Source: Curvularia clavata (Eukaryota). From it: a stretch of 64,000 nucleotides of DNA. Position numbers and translations under genes: made by a program. Below, piece after piece: positions 49,438-61,705 of this stretch. The notes beneath the pieces are model-generated. The model did no database searches. It worked only from the letters and a program-made list of their open reading frames with translations, and had not been told where the DNA came from. The DNA lies in contig CP089279.1 in NCBI GenBank assembly GCA_023920165.1, positions 744,001 to 808,000 on the forward strand, written 5' to 3'. How positions within the stretch are numbered: position 1 is the stretch's first letter; each line of letters opens with the position of its first letter.

Positions 49438-52227
49438 CTATTCTTCCTCCGTATCATCGTTACCCATGCCTCCCTCGGTTCTCCTCCTAAGCTCGCGTTC
49501 TACGGCCCTCAACATAATCTGGGCGTCGTCTAGCGTCAGCTCCTCTCCGCCCCTCATGCTCGCAAGCAGGTCGGCAAATTCAGGGTCATCTGGCTCAATG
49601 ATCTCAACCCTCCTGCCTTTATTCCTTGATTTCGGCGGCGGGAGAGGCATGAAGGCCCTGCTGGTGCTGCCGAACTTGGCAACCATTTCTTCGTATTCGC
49701 CTTCTGGTGTGCTCTGGCTGGTGACCGCTCCTCCAGCGCCGATACGCCAAACATCTTCCTTGTCGTCGGCTTGCAGTTCGTCATCGTCAATTTTGACAGC
49801 TGTTCGTATGACTACACTGAAGTCGCCACCGCCTCCAACGTCGAGGTAGCCGAGAACACCGGAGTAAAGACCTCTTCTTTCACCATTCTCCACGTCCTGG
49901 AGAATTTCACATGATCGTTTCTTCGGCGCGCCAGTCATACTTCCTGCAGGGAGACTCTCAACGAAAGCTTCAAAACCTAAGTAGGGCACTGATTGCTTGG
50001 CGGGCTTTTTGGATGCGTATTCCACAGGCTCTTCCCAGTCATCAGGCGTGGTTGGCTTGTTGGCGCCGCGGGGAACCGCGTCGACAACTGAAACCAGCTG
50101 CCATAGTGTTTCGTACTCCTCGACTTCCATGAGTTGGCTTACACGGACATTCTCAGAGCCGTATACGCCGTGCAGTTGGTGTCGGGTGAGATCGACAATC
50201 ATAAGGTTCTCTGCCCGTTCCTTGGATGAAGATAGGATATCGTGGGCCATTTCCGCCGTAACACCGGGTTTCTTCTGTACCGTACCTTTGATAGGCCGAC
50301 ATTGAGCAGTTTGTGATCTGTCCCAGCTAATATATCTTTCCGGTGATGAGCTCAAGACATGCACGTTGTGTATCCGCATATATGCGCTAAAAGGCGCAGG
50401 GTTTTGACTTGTCAGGCGCTTGTAAAGATTCCAGGAATGCTCGTTATCCTCAGCACGCGAGATTCTGCAGGCTGTCGGCTTGCGGGCACGGATCTCGTTG
50501 CGCGTAGTAAGACAGAGTTCATAACTTTGGCCATCTGCTATGGCCTCTTGGCAGGTGCGAACTTTGTTGGAGTATTCACTCTCGCCGGCTTTAAGTTGTA
50601 TACACGAGTCAATGTACTGGTTCATTGTGCCATGTGTTTCAAACGGATCGACCTCTGCGGTAAATGTCGAACCTGGAGTGCTTTGCTGGGATTTCACACC
50701 AGCATGGTCGTACAATCTCTCCAAAGTCTGCTCAACCCAGTCTTGATCAAAAGCGCCACGGATGCTTTGAACATAGATTTTCTTAACCTGATGGTCAAAG
50801 ACTATACTTCGCGTAATGTACGCAAAGCAAATATCGGGATAGGACGCTTCATCGTGACCATGAACACCAATTGTTTCTAGACCAGCTTCGTAGGACGCGA
50901 AGCCCATCAGGCCTCCCCAGAAAGGTGCCCATGTCGTGCCTTGTGGTGGTGTCGATGGCTGGAGGCTCTTCATGACTTCTCTTACGTAGGGCCACGGATC
51001 GCTCACGGTCCAGTCGGTATGCACTTGACCCTTTCCGTCTCTGAGCTCCATTCTCTTGGATCCGGCGTAGTAATGCAGGCGAAGAGTCTCATCAGGGATG
51101 ACAAAACCAATGATGCTATACCTGCCGGTGCCTACAGCCATGGGAACCAAGTTTGACTGCAGTCCAGATTCAAGCACCATTGCCTCGCCTCTCGTCAATT
51201 CGAACAGCTCACAAACGTCCGCGACTGTGAGTCTGCCACTCCCTGTGGTCGCGCAGTGAACCACAGTAGGGGCTAGGTCTGGCAGTGATTGTCCATCGCC
51301 ATGCGCTATTAACGACGCGAGCTCAAAGGGTGTAAGGGTATCGCTGTCGAGATTTGCTGCAAAGCCAGCAGACGCATACTTGCTCTGGGTTGCAGCACTG
51401 TGGAAACCAAGCTCTTTTCGAAAATCCGCAAATGTCATCGGTGAAGAGGGTGTGTTTGGCAGGAGGGTGTGGTTGGGGACGTTACGGAGCATGCGCTTGC
51501 GGCTCCAGGCCTGGGCATCTTCCCACCAGTTCTGAATAATGTGCTTTCCTTCGTCGTTTGTGCAAATTGACTCAGGGTGGAATTGGACGCCCCAGAATGG
51601 CTTTTGTACATGCTTGACGCCCATGAGCACAGCGCCATTGCGTTCGCTGTCGAAATCCCATGCTAGAGGTTCGAGCTCAGGGCACGTCTCAGTGGGTTCC
51701 CAGAGTTGCGCGGGGTATCGCACAGCTCTTTTACTTTGGATGGGATGATCGAGCTTGACGTGTAGGGAGTGGTATTGTGTGGCCAACAGACGTTCTACAC
51801 CCCGAAATATGGATTGGCCTTTGTGCAGGACGGTGGTTATGATACCATGCTTGGGCTCCTCTAACCGTGCAATGTCGGCTCCGAATGCAAGACACAGGGA
51901 CTGGAATCCTAAGCAAATGCCAAGCACAGGAACAATCTGCTCATCTTGAAGCTTCCAAAGCTCTTTCATCAAGCCAACGTCTTTTTCGCATTTCGCCCAG
52001 CCAGGTCCAGGTCCAGCGATTACACCATCGAAGCTCTTTAGATAGTCCGTAAAGGCAGAACGGTCTTCGTCGGTCTTCACCTTTGTAAGGTTCGGGTCGT
52101 CAATGAAGACTTTGACAACATGCGCGTCCACGTTTTGCTCGACCAGGGCGACTATGTTGTTTGAAAATGAATCGTAGGCGTCCAGGAACAAGATTCTCGG
52201 ACGTTGAGTCAGAATCGCAGGGGCCAT
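49438..52227 (-). CDS. ABZ1: Aminodeoxychorismate (PABA) synthase, fused glutamine amidotransferase and chorismate-binding domains
   Basis: DAYDSFSNN, GPGPG, GICLGFQ, QFHPES, SSSPER, PIKGT, KERAENLMIVDL, GSMTGAPK and GAGGA motifs; ATG at 52227. Confidence 0.95.
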   Translation of the reverse strand: MAPAILTQRPRILFLDAYDSFSNNIVALVEQNVDAHVVKVFIDDPNLTKVKTDEDRSAFTDYLKSFDGVIAGPGPGWAKCEKDVGLMKELWKLQDEQIVPVLGICLGFQSLCLAFGADIARLEEPKHGIITTVLHKGQSIFRGVERLLATQYHSLHVKLDHPIQSKRAVRYPAQLWEPTETCPELEPLAWDFDSERNGAVLMGVKHVQKPFWGVQFHPESICTNDEGKHIIQNWWEDAQAWSRKRMLRNVPNHTLLPNTPSSPMTFADFRKELGFHSAATQSKYASAGFAANLDSDTLTPFELASLIAHGDGQSLPDLAPTVVHCATTGSGRLTVADVCELFELTRGEAMVLESGLQSNLVPMAVGTGRYSIIGFVIPDETLRLHYYAGSKRMELRDGKGQVHTDWTVSDPWPYVREVMKSLQPSTPPQGTTWAPFWGGLMGFASYEAGLETIGVHGHDEASYPDICFAYITRSIVFDHQVKKIYVQSIRGAFDQDWVEQTLERLYDHAGVKSQQSTPGSTFTAEVDPFETHGTMNQYIDSCIQLKAGESEYSNKVRTCQEAIADGQSYELCLTTRNEIRARKPTACRISRAEDNEHSWNLYKRLTSQNPAPFSAYMRIHNVHVLSSSPERYISWDRSQTAQCRPIKGTVQKKPGVTAEMAHDILSSSKERAENLMIVDLTRHQLHGVYGSENVRVSQLMEVEEYETLWQLVSVVDAVPRGANKPTTPDDWEEPVEYASKKPAKQSVPYLGFEAFVESLPAGSMTGAPKKRSCEILQDVENGERRGLYSGVLGYLDVGGGGDFSVVIRTAVKIDDDELQADDKEDVWRIGAGGAVTSQSTPEGEYEEMVAKFGSTSRAFMPLPPPKSRNKGRRVEIIEPDDPEFADLLASMRGGEELTLDDAQIMLRAVERELRRRTEGGMGNDDTEEE

Positions 52228-52952
52228 GGCTCTTTTCCCAGCGCACGGGGAAGCACTCAGCGACTCCTGGATACACACTTTCGAGTTGATAAATTCCTGG
52301 GAGGGCCTCGATGTCCGGGCACCGGGGCTGGAATACTGCTCGTGGTTTTGTCGTATCGTTGGAAAAAGCTGGAATAATTGTCGATAGGGCTGAAGGCGTT
52401 ATTCCGCGATAACTCCGGAGAATCGCCGGAAATAGTCCAAATGGTGCCGGAAGGCCGCCGTTTGAGGCCAGGCGCCAGTATAATCGTCCGAATATGTGGG
52501 CAATGTCCTGCACTGCAGGCTGACGGTTTAGGAGGAGAAGAGGATGGGAAAGAGGAAGTCGGTGAACGATAACTGACCCAACGCCACCTGGATCTGGGGG
52601 CTGATATGATATGCAGGGACTTGGGCCGTGGGGCCGTAAAGCGTTAGAGGCAGTGGTCGGCGTCGGAAAGATACACATTTCCTTGGGAGGGCAATCAGCC
52701 CTGCTGAAACCGGAATGCCGGCCCCCTTACAGAAGTCGGGGGATCGTCTGCGTGACTACTTCTGCCGCGAAAAGGATGCCGCATTGTGGTCTAGTCCATG
52801 TTTCAGAGGCTGTCCACATGCCGCCTACGGGTTCTTTTTGAGGGTGTGGAAGCTTTTGGGTTGCACGCTTGGACCACCACAAAGTTTGTAGTAACCAGCG
52901 CCACGCAGCTCGACCTTCCTCCACCTTGGCCAACAAACCCTCTCCCTTAACC

Positions 52953-53978
52953 ATGTCTTGGTTGAAGCGACGCGCGGGCCCGTTGATCGTGCTCGGGTCA
53001 TCGGCGGTTGGCGGCGCTGTATATCGTCTCGCGAAACCCCCAGATTCGTCCGATGCGACTCTAAACCCCCATACCTTCACGCCTTATACGCTTGTCAGCA
53101 AGCAACCCGTCTCGTCCACCAATGCCATCTTCACATTGCGCAATAGCAATGGCGCATCAGACGCAGAAAGCATAAAGGTGGTGTCGAAGCGCAGTGTTTG
53201 GAGCGTGCAGATTAAGCAACCGCAACTACAGATTGCGCGCGCATACACACCATTGCCTCCGACAACCGATAGCGAGAAGCCTGGCGATGACGACTCACAA
53301 GATCTAAGGCTGCTTATACGCCAAGAAACGGGCGGCGAGGTCTCGACATATCTGCACCGTCTACCAGAGCAATCGACCATCGAACTGCGGGGACCCAACA
53401 CGGAGCTCAAGCTTCCTCACGACATTATAGAGGTTATATTTCTAGCCGGCGGAACAGGCATAGCACCTGCCATGCAGGTTGCTCAGGCGCTGAGACGGCG
53501 GACGGGCAGCAGGATGCACATACTGTGGGCGAACCGACGGCGCGAAGAATGCCTGGGCGGCATCAGTGACGATAGTGGACACGATTATGCCCAGGACCGA
53601 AAAGGGTGGTGGAAGAGTCTCTTCGGTTCCAGTGCCCCAGCGCCGCCTGTAGAACAGCCGAATACTGCGCAGAAGGGTGTCATTGTGGCCGAGTTGGATG
53701 CGCTTAAGAAGCGTTACGAACCTGCCACAAAAGGCTTGTCAATCAATTACTATGTCGATGAGGAGAAGAACTTCATCCAGCCTAGCGAAATAGAGAAGAG
53801 AGCAAGGCGACCAAAGGAGGAAGCAGGGTCGCGACTGATCATTGTATCAGGCCCAGATGGTTTCATCGAACACTGGGCAGGTAGGAAACTCTGGGCCAAC
53901 GGAAGAGAGGTTCAAGGCCCATTGGGAGGACAACTAGGCCGTATGGATTTAGGTGAGTGGAGAGTGGTCAAGTTGTGA
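52953..53978 (+). CDS. Cyc2-like FAD/NAD(P) oxidoreductase (cytochrome b5 reductase family), mitochondrial
   Basis: RAYTP, GEVSTYL, LRGP, AGGTGIAP, SGPDGF and QGPLGG motifs; N-terminal targeting/TM segment. Confidence 0.85.
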   Translation: MSWLKRRAGPLIVLGSSAVGGAVYRLAKPPDSSDATLNPHTFTPYTLVSKQPVSSTNAIFTLRNSNGASDAESIKVVSKRSVWSVQIKQPQLQIARAYTPLPPTTDSEKPGDDDSQDLRLLIRQETGGEVSTYLHRLPEQSTIELRGPNTELKLPHDIIEVIFLAGGTGIAPAMQVAQALRRRTGSRMHILWANRRREECLGGISDDSGHDYAQDRKGWWKSLFGSSAPAPPVEQPNTAQKGVIVAELDALKKRYEPATKGLSINYYVDEEKNFIQPSEIEKRARRPKEEAGSRLIIVSGPDGFIEHWAGRKLWANGREVQGPLGGQLGRMDLGEWRVVKL

Positions 53979-54373
53979 GAACCATTTCTCTTCTGTCATC
54001 TGTCTCCTAGATGTTTCTGCGCCCCCGGGCAACGACCCAGTGACCGTGAACGCGTGACACCTGTGGTCAAATTGACGATCATATATTCTGCTCTAGGATT
54101 CGTGGTGAGTCGGCGGTATGTTCGGGCGGTTATATTCATATCCGATCCCGCAAGCAACAGGCCAGTCACGCTTACCTAGTTGGCCGCTAAGACCAAGGAA
54201 CAGTTCCGCGCGCTGAATAATTCCACCGGTCGCGACTATTACCACGCATATTGATGTGCATTACGGCGGTGTCATATACTTTGACCGTTTTTTTTTCTGC
54301 ATCTTTGTTGTCTTCAATACATTGGATTTTGCTCTCTTTTCTTCATCCCTACCTTGTGCGACTCGTCTGCACC

Positions 54374-56232
54374 ATGGATACAAATACACATGACGAGCTT
54401 GATGCTACTCCATCTCAGCCAATCAGCGAAAAGGATCCGAATGCAAGGCCAGCGTGCTTCGCATCTACCTTTCAAGAATGTTTGTTCGTTATATCAGTAA
54501 CCATGGCTGTCGCCATGACGACCTTCCTGCAAGGCTCGGTCACCGTCATGAGCTCATTCGCAGCCCGGGATCTGGGTATGAGTAATGCAGAGGTCTCGTG
54601 GATGAATGCTTCCACAGCGTAAGCATAATGCTTAGTATGAAGGGCAGATTTCATGGACTAATTCGGCTTGTAGACTCACTGCTGGTTCACTGCTGCTTTT
54701 CTTTGGTAGTGTAGCTGATCTCTTCGGGCGCAAGTTCATGTTTATCGGTTCTATGTTCCTGTTTTCCGTCTTCAGCTTGGGAGCCGGCTTCTCCCAAGAC
54801 GGCATGACCGTCGATGTCCTCTGCGGTGTCCTGGGCATCTTCTCGGCCGCAGCCGTACCTCCAGCTCAGGGTATGCTAGGTGTCATCTACGAGAAGCCTA
54901 GCCAGAGGAAGAACAGAGTCTTTGGCTGCTACAGTGCAGGCAATCCCATGGGCTTTGTTTTCGGAACAATCCTCGCTGGCCTCTTCACCCAAGTATTCAA
55001 CTGGCGGGCCGGGTTTTACCTGATGGCTATCGTATATTTTTGCATCAGCGTCATTGCGGTGTTCACGGTGCCAAATGATACCTCGGCCAAGCAGACGCTC
55101 AATGCAGAAACTATAAAGAAGTTGGATTTACCAGGAACTGCGATGACTATTTTTGGTATCGGCATGTTCTGTGCTGCGCTGAGGTATGCTTGGATGTTGA
55201 ATATCTGGAGATGTGAACTAACATTCCTCAAAGTCTCGGCGGAGGTGCCCCACAGGGGTGGAAGACCCCCTACGTCCTAGTTCTGTTGATACTTGGAGCC
55301 ATTCTGATTATCTCTTTCATCGTATGGGAATGCAGATATCCATATGCCATGATCGATATGAACATCTGGCGTGACCGAGACTTTTCTCTGGTAAGCCTCT
55401 CCATATGCATCCTCTAGCAAAGATTCCCACTCTTGAGACTAATACAATGCAATAGCTGATGAGTATGCTCGCCTTCGCCACCCTCGGCTTCCCAGTACTC
55501 TCCTTCTGGATCGCCCTCTATTTCCAACAGGTACTCGGCTACAATGCCCTCATGACCGGCGTCCACATGCTTCCCATGGCCGTTGTAGGCTTCCTTGCCA
55601 ACGTCGTCGCTGCCTTAATCCAACACAAAGTATCCAACAAACTAATCTTCGGTATCGGAGCAACCTCTCTCACCGTCTCCTTTATACTAGCAGCCCTTCA
55701 ACGCCACGGAGACTCGTACTGGGCATTCGCCTTCCCAGCACTCTGCTTAGTTACCCTCGGCATAGACTTTGAATTCATCGTCGCAAACGTACGTACCGAC
55801 ACTATGATCTTTCAACAAACCCACATGTCCTGACTTTACTTACAGATGTACGTCCTCTCCTCCATGCCCAGCAATAAACAATCCATTGCGGGCTCCCTCT
55901 TCCAAACGATATCGCGTCTCTGCAACGCCGTGGCCTTTGGCATCGCTACCGCCGTTTTCGACGGCGTACAGCAGCATCCATCAAAGTCTGGGTACTATGC
56001 CGGTAACGCTGTAGAGCCGTATGCTGCAGTCTTTTGGTTTGCGGCTGCGGCTGCGTTCCCTGCTGTACTCATGGTTCCATTCTTGAGAATCGGGACGCAG
56101 GGGGGTACGGGGGACAAGAGACGTGTTGAGGATCGGGAGACGGATGTGGAAAAGGGACGGGAAGTAAGTGTTGATGAGGATGACAAGACGGCACGTGTTC
56201 GGGATGTGGAGAAGGGGGAGTTGGATAAGTGA
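54374..56232 (+). CDS. MFS drug:H+ antiporter (DHA2/14-TM, Atr1/Amf1-like)
   Basis: RPACF..QECLFV, GSVADLFGRK, WRAGFY, GWKTPY and LGYNALMTG motifs; four introns, one with an AAG acceptor at about 55233. Confidence 0.88.
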
Positions 56233-56947
56233 GTACAGGCAGAGAGATGCTATGTACTCTGTCGTAGAATATAAACCCAATATTTTTTCTCGTCAATTTC
56301 GTCACCAAGTGCAACACTCAACTTCTACCTTCTGCTTACTCTCGATTCTACATTATAGCGGAAGAATCCCACTATCTTCTCCACAGCATCCCCTTTTTAC
56401 AACTCCCTAATCCTCTAGCGCGCGCGAGAGCGGAATCTAGTAATAAAACCCCAGATTCTATACCAAAGGTCCGCCCCGCACACGTACCATGTCCCCACTT
56501 GGCGTCGGCCAACTAAACAAGTGGCAACATACATAGTTTACCAAACAACGTGGATATTGGTAAATTGGATATACCTTGGAACGATGAACGCCATCCATAC
56601 TATTCATTATATTGTGGATGGGGGATAAAAGATCGGGTGAGGAGAAAGTGAGTTCATCTTCTAGAAGACTGATTGCTGTTTTGTACCGCCCATCTATGTA
56701 CTATTCGTGTGGCTGCTTCATGCGTGAAGAGAAAAAGGGAGAAGAGAAGAGAAAAGAAACGCCAGTGTATGATGGATGGATATCTCGTAAGTAGCTCAAA
56801 AGAAAAGAAAAGGGAAGAAAAGAGAGGAGAGAGAACCGCTCGCTTTTATCGCTTAGCTCCGCCTCTGTGTATGCCTCACGCGGTTAAAAAAAACTCATCC
56901 AGCAAGTCAGCGAAAAGCGAAAAGCAAAGAAAAAAAGTCCAGTCCTC

Positions 56948-57949
56948 TTACGACGTGTCCATACTCTGCACGTCATCACTCTTCAACATCTCAATCTCCC
57001 TCCTCAGCAACTCAATCTCCTTTTCTTGAGCCCGCATCTTCTCCAGCGCCATTTCAATCAGGCGAGCTTTATTCACCGTCCTCTTTTCACCCGCCGCCAC
57101 ACTCGATCTCCTACTCTTATCTGTTTCCAGACTAGCCACATCTGCATCTTTTTCCCTGGTACTCCCACTCTCCCCATCCTCCTCCTTACCCCGCATAACC
57201 ACAAAACACGTAGTTCCACTACCAAACGTGACTTCACCGTCGAGCAAGAACTCCGCCAGATCGACCATTGCATTCTTCATGCGGTCGCGGCGGGCCTGCT
57301 CTGCAGCGCGGTGCGTAGCGCGCTTCATCATGACGCCTGTGGCCATTGCGGTGCTAAAGTGAAGACCCATTTCCAGGTGCTGGCCAGAGGAAATGAGCTC
57401 GTAGTTTGATTTGGAGGCAAGTAGGTCGGCTTGCGAAGTTACGACGCCGCCGGCGCCTGGATGGGGGTTAATGGGGGCTCCTGGGGTGGACGTGGAGGAC
57501 ATACCATTGCGGTCGCTGGGGGCAATGCTACTGCCCCTTCGGGCGATGGGGACTTTGTTGGATGGGATGGAGGAGCCATGTGATATTGATGATATGGTAC
57601 TTGCTGTGTCTGCGGCTATGGAGGGTGATCTTATGGAAGATACAGTTGGCGAAGTGATTGATTGAGATGCTATTGATGGAGTTCTGATTGGTCTTGCAGG
57701 ATGTATCGGTATTTGAGCCGGCTGCATTTGTATTTGTTGCTGTTGTTGTTGTTGCGGCGGTGGCTCTGGTGGTGCCACCTGTGCCTGCTGCTGCATATGT
57801 TGATGCTGTTGCTGAGCGCTCTCCCTGACTGGACTGTATCTCCTTCTCTTTTTGAAAAGTTGTGGCCAGTTTCTACTCAGCGGACCTCGATGCCCGCTGT
57901 CACCCCGTTCGGCAACGAGCGGTCCATTTGGCTGTGGGTAAGGCTGCAT
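56948..57949 (-). CDS. bHLH transcription factor with Pho4/Nuc-1-like basic region and poly-Gln tract
   Basis: KRATHRAAEQARRDRM (H-x3-E-x2-RR basic region), long loop, NKARLIEMALEKMR helix 2 and short zipper; first ATG at 57949. Confidence 0.8.
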   Translation of the reverse strand: MQPYPQPNGPLVAERGDSGHRGPLSRNWPQLFKKRRRYSPVRESAQQQHQHMQQQAQVAPPEPPPQQQQQQQIQMQPAQIPIHPARPIRTPSIASQSITSPTVSSIRSPSIAADTASTISSISHGSSIPSNKVPIARRGSSIAPSDRNGMSSTSTPGAPINPHPGAGGVVTSQADLLASKSNYELISSGQHLEMGLHFSTAMATGVMMKRATHRAAEQARRDRMKNAMVDLAEFLLDGEVTFGSGTTCFVVMRGKEEDGESGSTREKDADVASLETDKSRRSSVAAGEKRTVNKARLIEMALEKMRAQEKEIELLRREIEMLKSDDVQSMDTS

Positions 57950-58869
57950 GATTTGTCCAAGATGGCTGCGAGGCCCGTACACAATAATTTTGTTAGGTTC
58001 TGCGACTTTGCCAGTTTCCTTGATACAATCAAGGTACTAACAGACACCGCTGTGCGTGCGGCTTACGCACAGGGGCCGGGCGGATCGGAGCTGGCTCCTC
58101 CGACCAAGATGTGACAAGAAATAGTGATGGAGCGGAGAAATATGGCCAAGCACGCAGGAAATATAAGTCGGAGAAGGAGAAAACACGGGGCGAGGAGGCC
58201 AGGTCACTGGAGAGTTTGAGAAGGATTGGTTGAGCAGCACACGTAGGGAAGTATGGCGGGCGGGTAACCGTCAGATTGCGAGTGAGGGTGGATCGGCTTT
58301 GGCCTCATCCATGGGGCGAGGAGGCGTAGTAGGAGGCGGAATCTGGAACGATATCCGCACCCATGCTTGCGCGTGGTCCGTTAAAAGCAACGGAGTATGC
58401 AGTGAGAATGGGGTGGAAGTGAAGCTCTGGCTTGGCAGAGGGCGGTGTTGCTGCTAACCCTTGGACGAGGGCAGCCAACCACACAGCGCCCTGCGAGCAC
58501 ATGGCTGCCAAGGCGAGGATGCAGCATCGGAGCGCCCCTGTCTCAAGCCCAGCGCCCTCGAGTGACATTCTCTCCATGGCCATCGACGAGCCTCCACCGT
58601 GGGCCCTAGCCGCATCTTTCCGCTGGAGCTTTGCGGGGTCACCTTCTGCTTCGGGAGCCTCCCGGTACACTTAGCCGTGACCTCGAGAACCATCGACGAG
58701 TCAATCGGCGCTGGGCATCATTGCACGTGCCTCGCACATGCTTGTTGACATGTGGGGGGCTCTTATCGACTGCATCCAGGCCACTGACTCTCGATATCAA
58801 ATTGCAGAGAGTTGAGAAAATGAAACATGAACATTTGCCATCGGACGCGCCCATGACGCTCGCCCCAAT

Positions 58870-60531
58870 TTAACTTGAGCTATTCATCCGACTCACCATC
58901 TCATGGCTCTCGTCACTTTCTTTGCTGTGTCCCCGGGCCCCCGGCACATACTCCAAATCCTCGTCTTCGTCATCGTCTTCGTCCTCAATATCCATGTCTA
59001 GTGCCTCCTCGCTAATCATCTTGGGGTTGAACGAGAACGCCCCTTTGGGTACAAATGTGCTCGTTAAGCCCAACACAGCTATAACAGTGAACTGCACACC
59101 TGCCACGTTGAAGATAGCTCCATGTATCTCGTCGTTGTCTCGGTCCGAGATGCGGTCGATGTAGGTTCCGAGGCACGCAGATGCGATGGCGTAGATGACA
59201 ATATAAGTGCTGTAGAGGAACGCCATCACCGCCCCTAGTGCCGATACGTTTTGTGACTTCGACTCGATTCTAGCAAGCGACGCCTGGATGTAAGCAGCAA
59301 GTGACACGTCTCCGGCAGCCCACCCAAAACTGATGGGCAGGAAGGTCGCTGCCACAATCCACGCCTGGGCGACATCGTTTTGAGGAGGGTGCCAGTACGG
59401 TAGGTACCAGACAATCAGCAGAGTGATTGCGTCTAACCGAAGCCATGGTATCGGCGTCTGCACTGCGTTTGTGAACATGAAGACAAACAGAGCCCCCAAC
59501 AGCTCACCAAAGTTCGACCCTCCGACAATAATTTGTGACCAGGCCGAATTCCCAAGGTACCGTCGCGCGACTGCAGGCGCAATGGCATTCTCCAGGTATC
59601 GGTGAGCGTAGAGTGCAATCGCGTATCCAGGTAATAGCCAGATGAACTTGCGATGTGTGAAGATGAGCTTAGCTCCGGTTCCGACAGACTCAAAGAAGAG
59701 GTAGAAGCCACTAATCACGGCTTTGACGTAGTTGGGCTGGTTTTCTGTACTCAGAGCCCTGGTTTCCCTCGGTATGCTCTCTTCATGAATGAAGTACCAA
59801 AGAATCGCAGCAGCAGCAAAGAAGATGGGTGTGATGATGAAGCTGAAGTTGTTGCCGAAGCGAGGGATTAGAGCCAGTGCCGTACAAAAAGCACCTGCTG
59901 TACCACTGGTTTCGTAGAATATATGAACTAGCGCGTCCATCCGACGAAGCTTCTGGACATTACCGCCTACGAGATCTCGAGGTATGACGCGCCGGATGAG
60001 TTCAACCATGCCGTAGACTACACCACAGACGCAAACTGAACACCGTCAGCACATATATGTTGGAATTTGAAGAGGAGCACCCTTACAAATGGGTATCATA
60101 GAGTCCGTGTTGTATTTGCCGTAGTAGCTGAAGTCGTCCTTGGGCCATCCGCGTGGCACAAACCTGCCACCAGTCGCGGCATCAAGTATGAGCAACAGAC
60201 TGCTCATGAATCCGAAGATGAGTACCGCACACGCGAGGACATTCTTGGTCGGATACCGCTTAATCAGCGGCGCGATAAGGATGGACCCGACACATTGAAA
60301 GGCCTGGTTCAACCCGGTCAGGACACCGATGCGCTGGAAGGTGATGGAGATGTGTGTCGTCTTCTCAAGTTCGTCGTATCGATTTGTTGCAAGTGCGATG
60401 ACGGATCCGTTGAAAGCCTCGAGCCCAAACTTGTACATCATGATGCCGGCGATATATATGGCAATGTTCCGACGTTCAAGAGGCGTGTAGATGTGCCATG
60501 TTTCTCGGACGACAGCGATGGGTCGGACCAT
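58870..60531 (-). CDS. MFS-type membrane transporter, substrate unknown
   Basis: About 12 hydrophobic segments; GCCGCCATGG start context with TATAAA about 85 nt upstream; intron 60036-60086. Confidence 0.82.
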
Positions 60532-61705
60532 GGCGGCGATCAGAGCACGGAAACGTGCGGCAGCAGTGCTACGGAAAGCAAAAGCCAGGCGACAAATGCG
60601 GAGAGACCTTGTTTATACGTCCGCGATGCCGGAACGGTGGTGTTGAAGAGACAGCCAATGGGGGCAAACGGGGTATGCATATGGAGCTGTCGGTACGCTA
60701 CAGAGATATCCGCAAATCTTCACGGATTCCCACACCCGCATTTGTGACGAAGAGGCGTCTCAGGAACTCATTGATTCGTGCCCTTTGGAGATGGCGGTGC
60801 TCTTGTCCTCAAGGCCAAGTTGTACTACTGCACAGCCCTAGTCCAAATGAAGCTCGGCACCTTCGTTTGATGTTGACCACTCAGGGCCCCACGTGTCTGA
60901 CCTCGGCAGACCAGGGGAGTTGCGCAAATATTGAGCATAACATGAACGGTGCAGTGCGGCTGAACGACACTTGCCACTGATCCTTTGCAATATTAGGAGG
61001 CCTGGCATTTTAATAAGAGCAGTTTTTTCCATCCCTCCACGACAAGAATTGAACAACGAAAGACAATCAGTGAAGCCCTCAGTACCATGTTTGCAAGGTT
61101 ACTCTTTCAATGTATTCTTCATCTTTGTACGCTACTTTGATTGTGCATCAACCGCGCTGGGGAGCCTCGGAACGAGTCGAGCGATGGGCCTGGTCTTGGG
61201 GGTTCCTGCATTAGGGTCGTGGATCACTCAACCCCTGGTAATCGAGTGGATTGTGTTGGATGACATACTATGCGGTCTTGATTCAAATTACGATGGATGA
61301 CAGGATCGTTGCATAGGCGCCACACACACAGCAACATGCAAGTATCAGACGCATCCACAGAGATGCTAGATGCTGGATGGCCAGACCGCATAGATCAGGG
61401 GCGAACAAAATAGAACCCCCATGGGGTTTCTGAAAGTCTTCTGTTTCACATCAGTCGAGTAACCAGACTGTGTACGAGTTGTAAGCTGACCTGCTAGTGC
61501 CTAGGGCTTTACATGAATTTGGAATGGTGGGAGCCTTTGGAGGATTTGGCTTCGTCTTCTCCACAAGAATATGAACGAGGATGAATTGGAGCCTGGCAGG
61601 CAGCTGCCAACAGCCAAACCAGATCTTGGTATTCAGAGAAAACGCGTTTTGGCTGTTGCGCGGTATGAGTGCGCTCTTCAGCGCGGAATGGCTCGAGTGT
61701 ATGCC

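Noticed and set aside
52205..52211. Perfect TGACTCA sites inside the ABZ1 5' coding region and at the IWS1 stop (4923-4929)
   Set aside because: Neither is in a promoter position, and several 7-mer matches are expected by chance in 64 kb.
53967..53978. C-terminal VKL of the Cyc2-like protein as a peroxisomal PTS1
   Set aside because: The tripeptide is non-canonical, and the protein has an N-terminal mitochondrial-type segment.
33367..60531. Secondary-metabolite or catabolic gene cluster (four MFS genes, an SDR, a TF)
   Set aside because: There is no backbone enzyme, and these genes are interspersed with core housekeeping genes.
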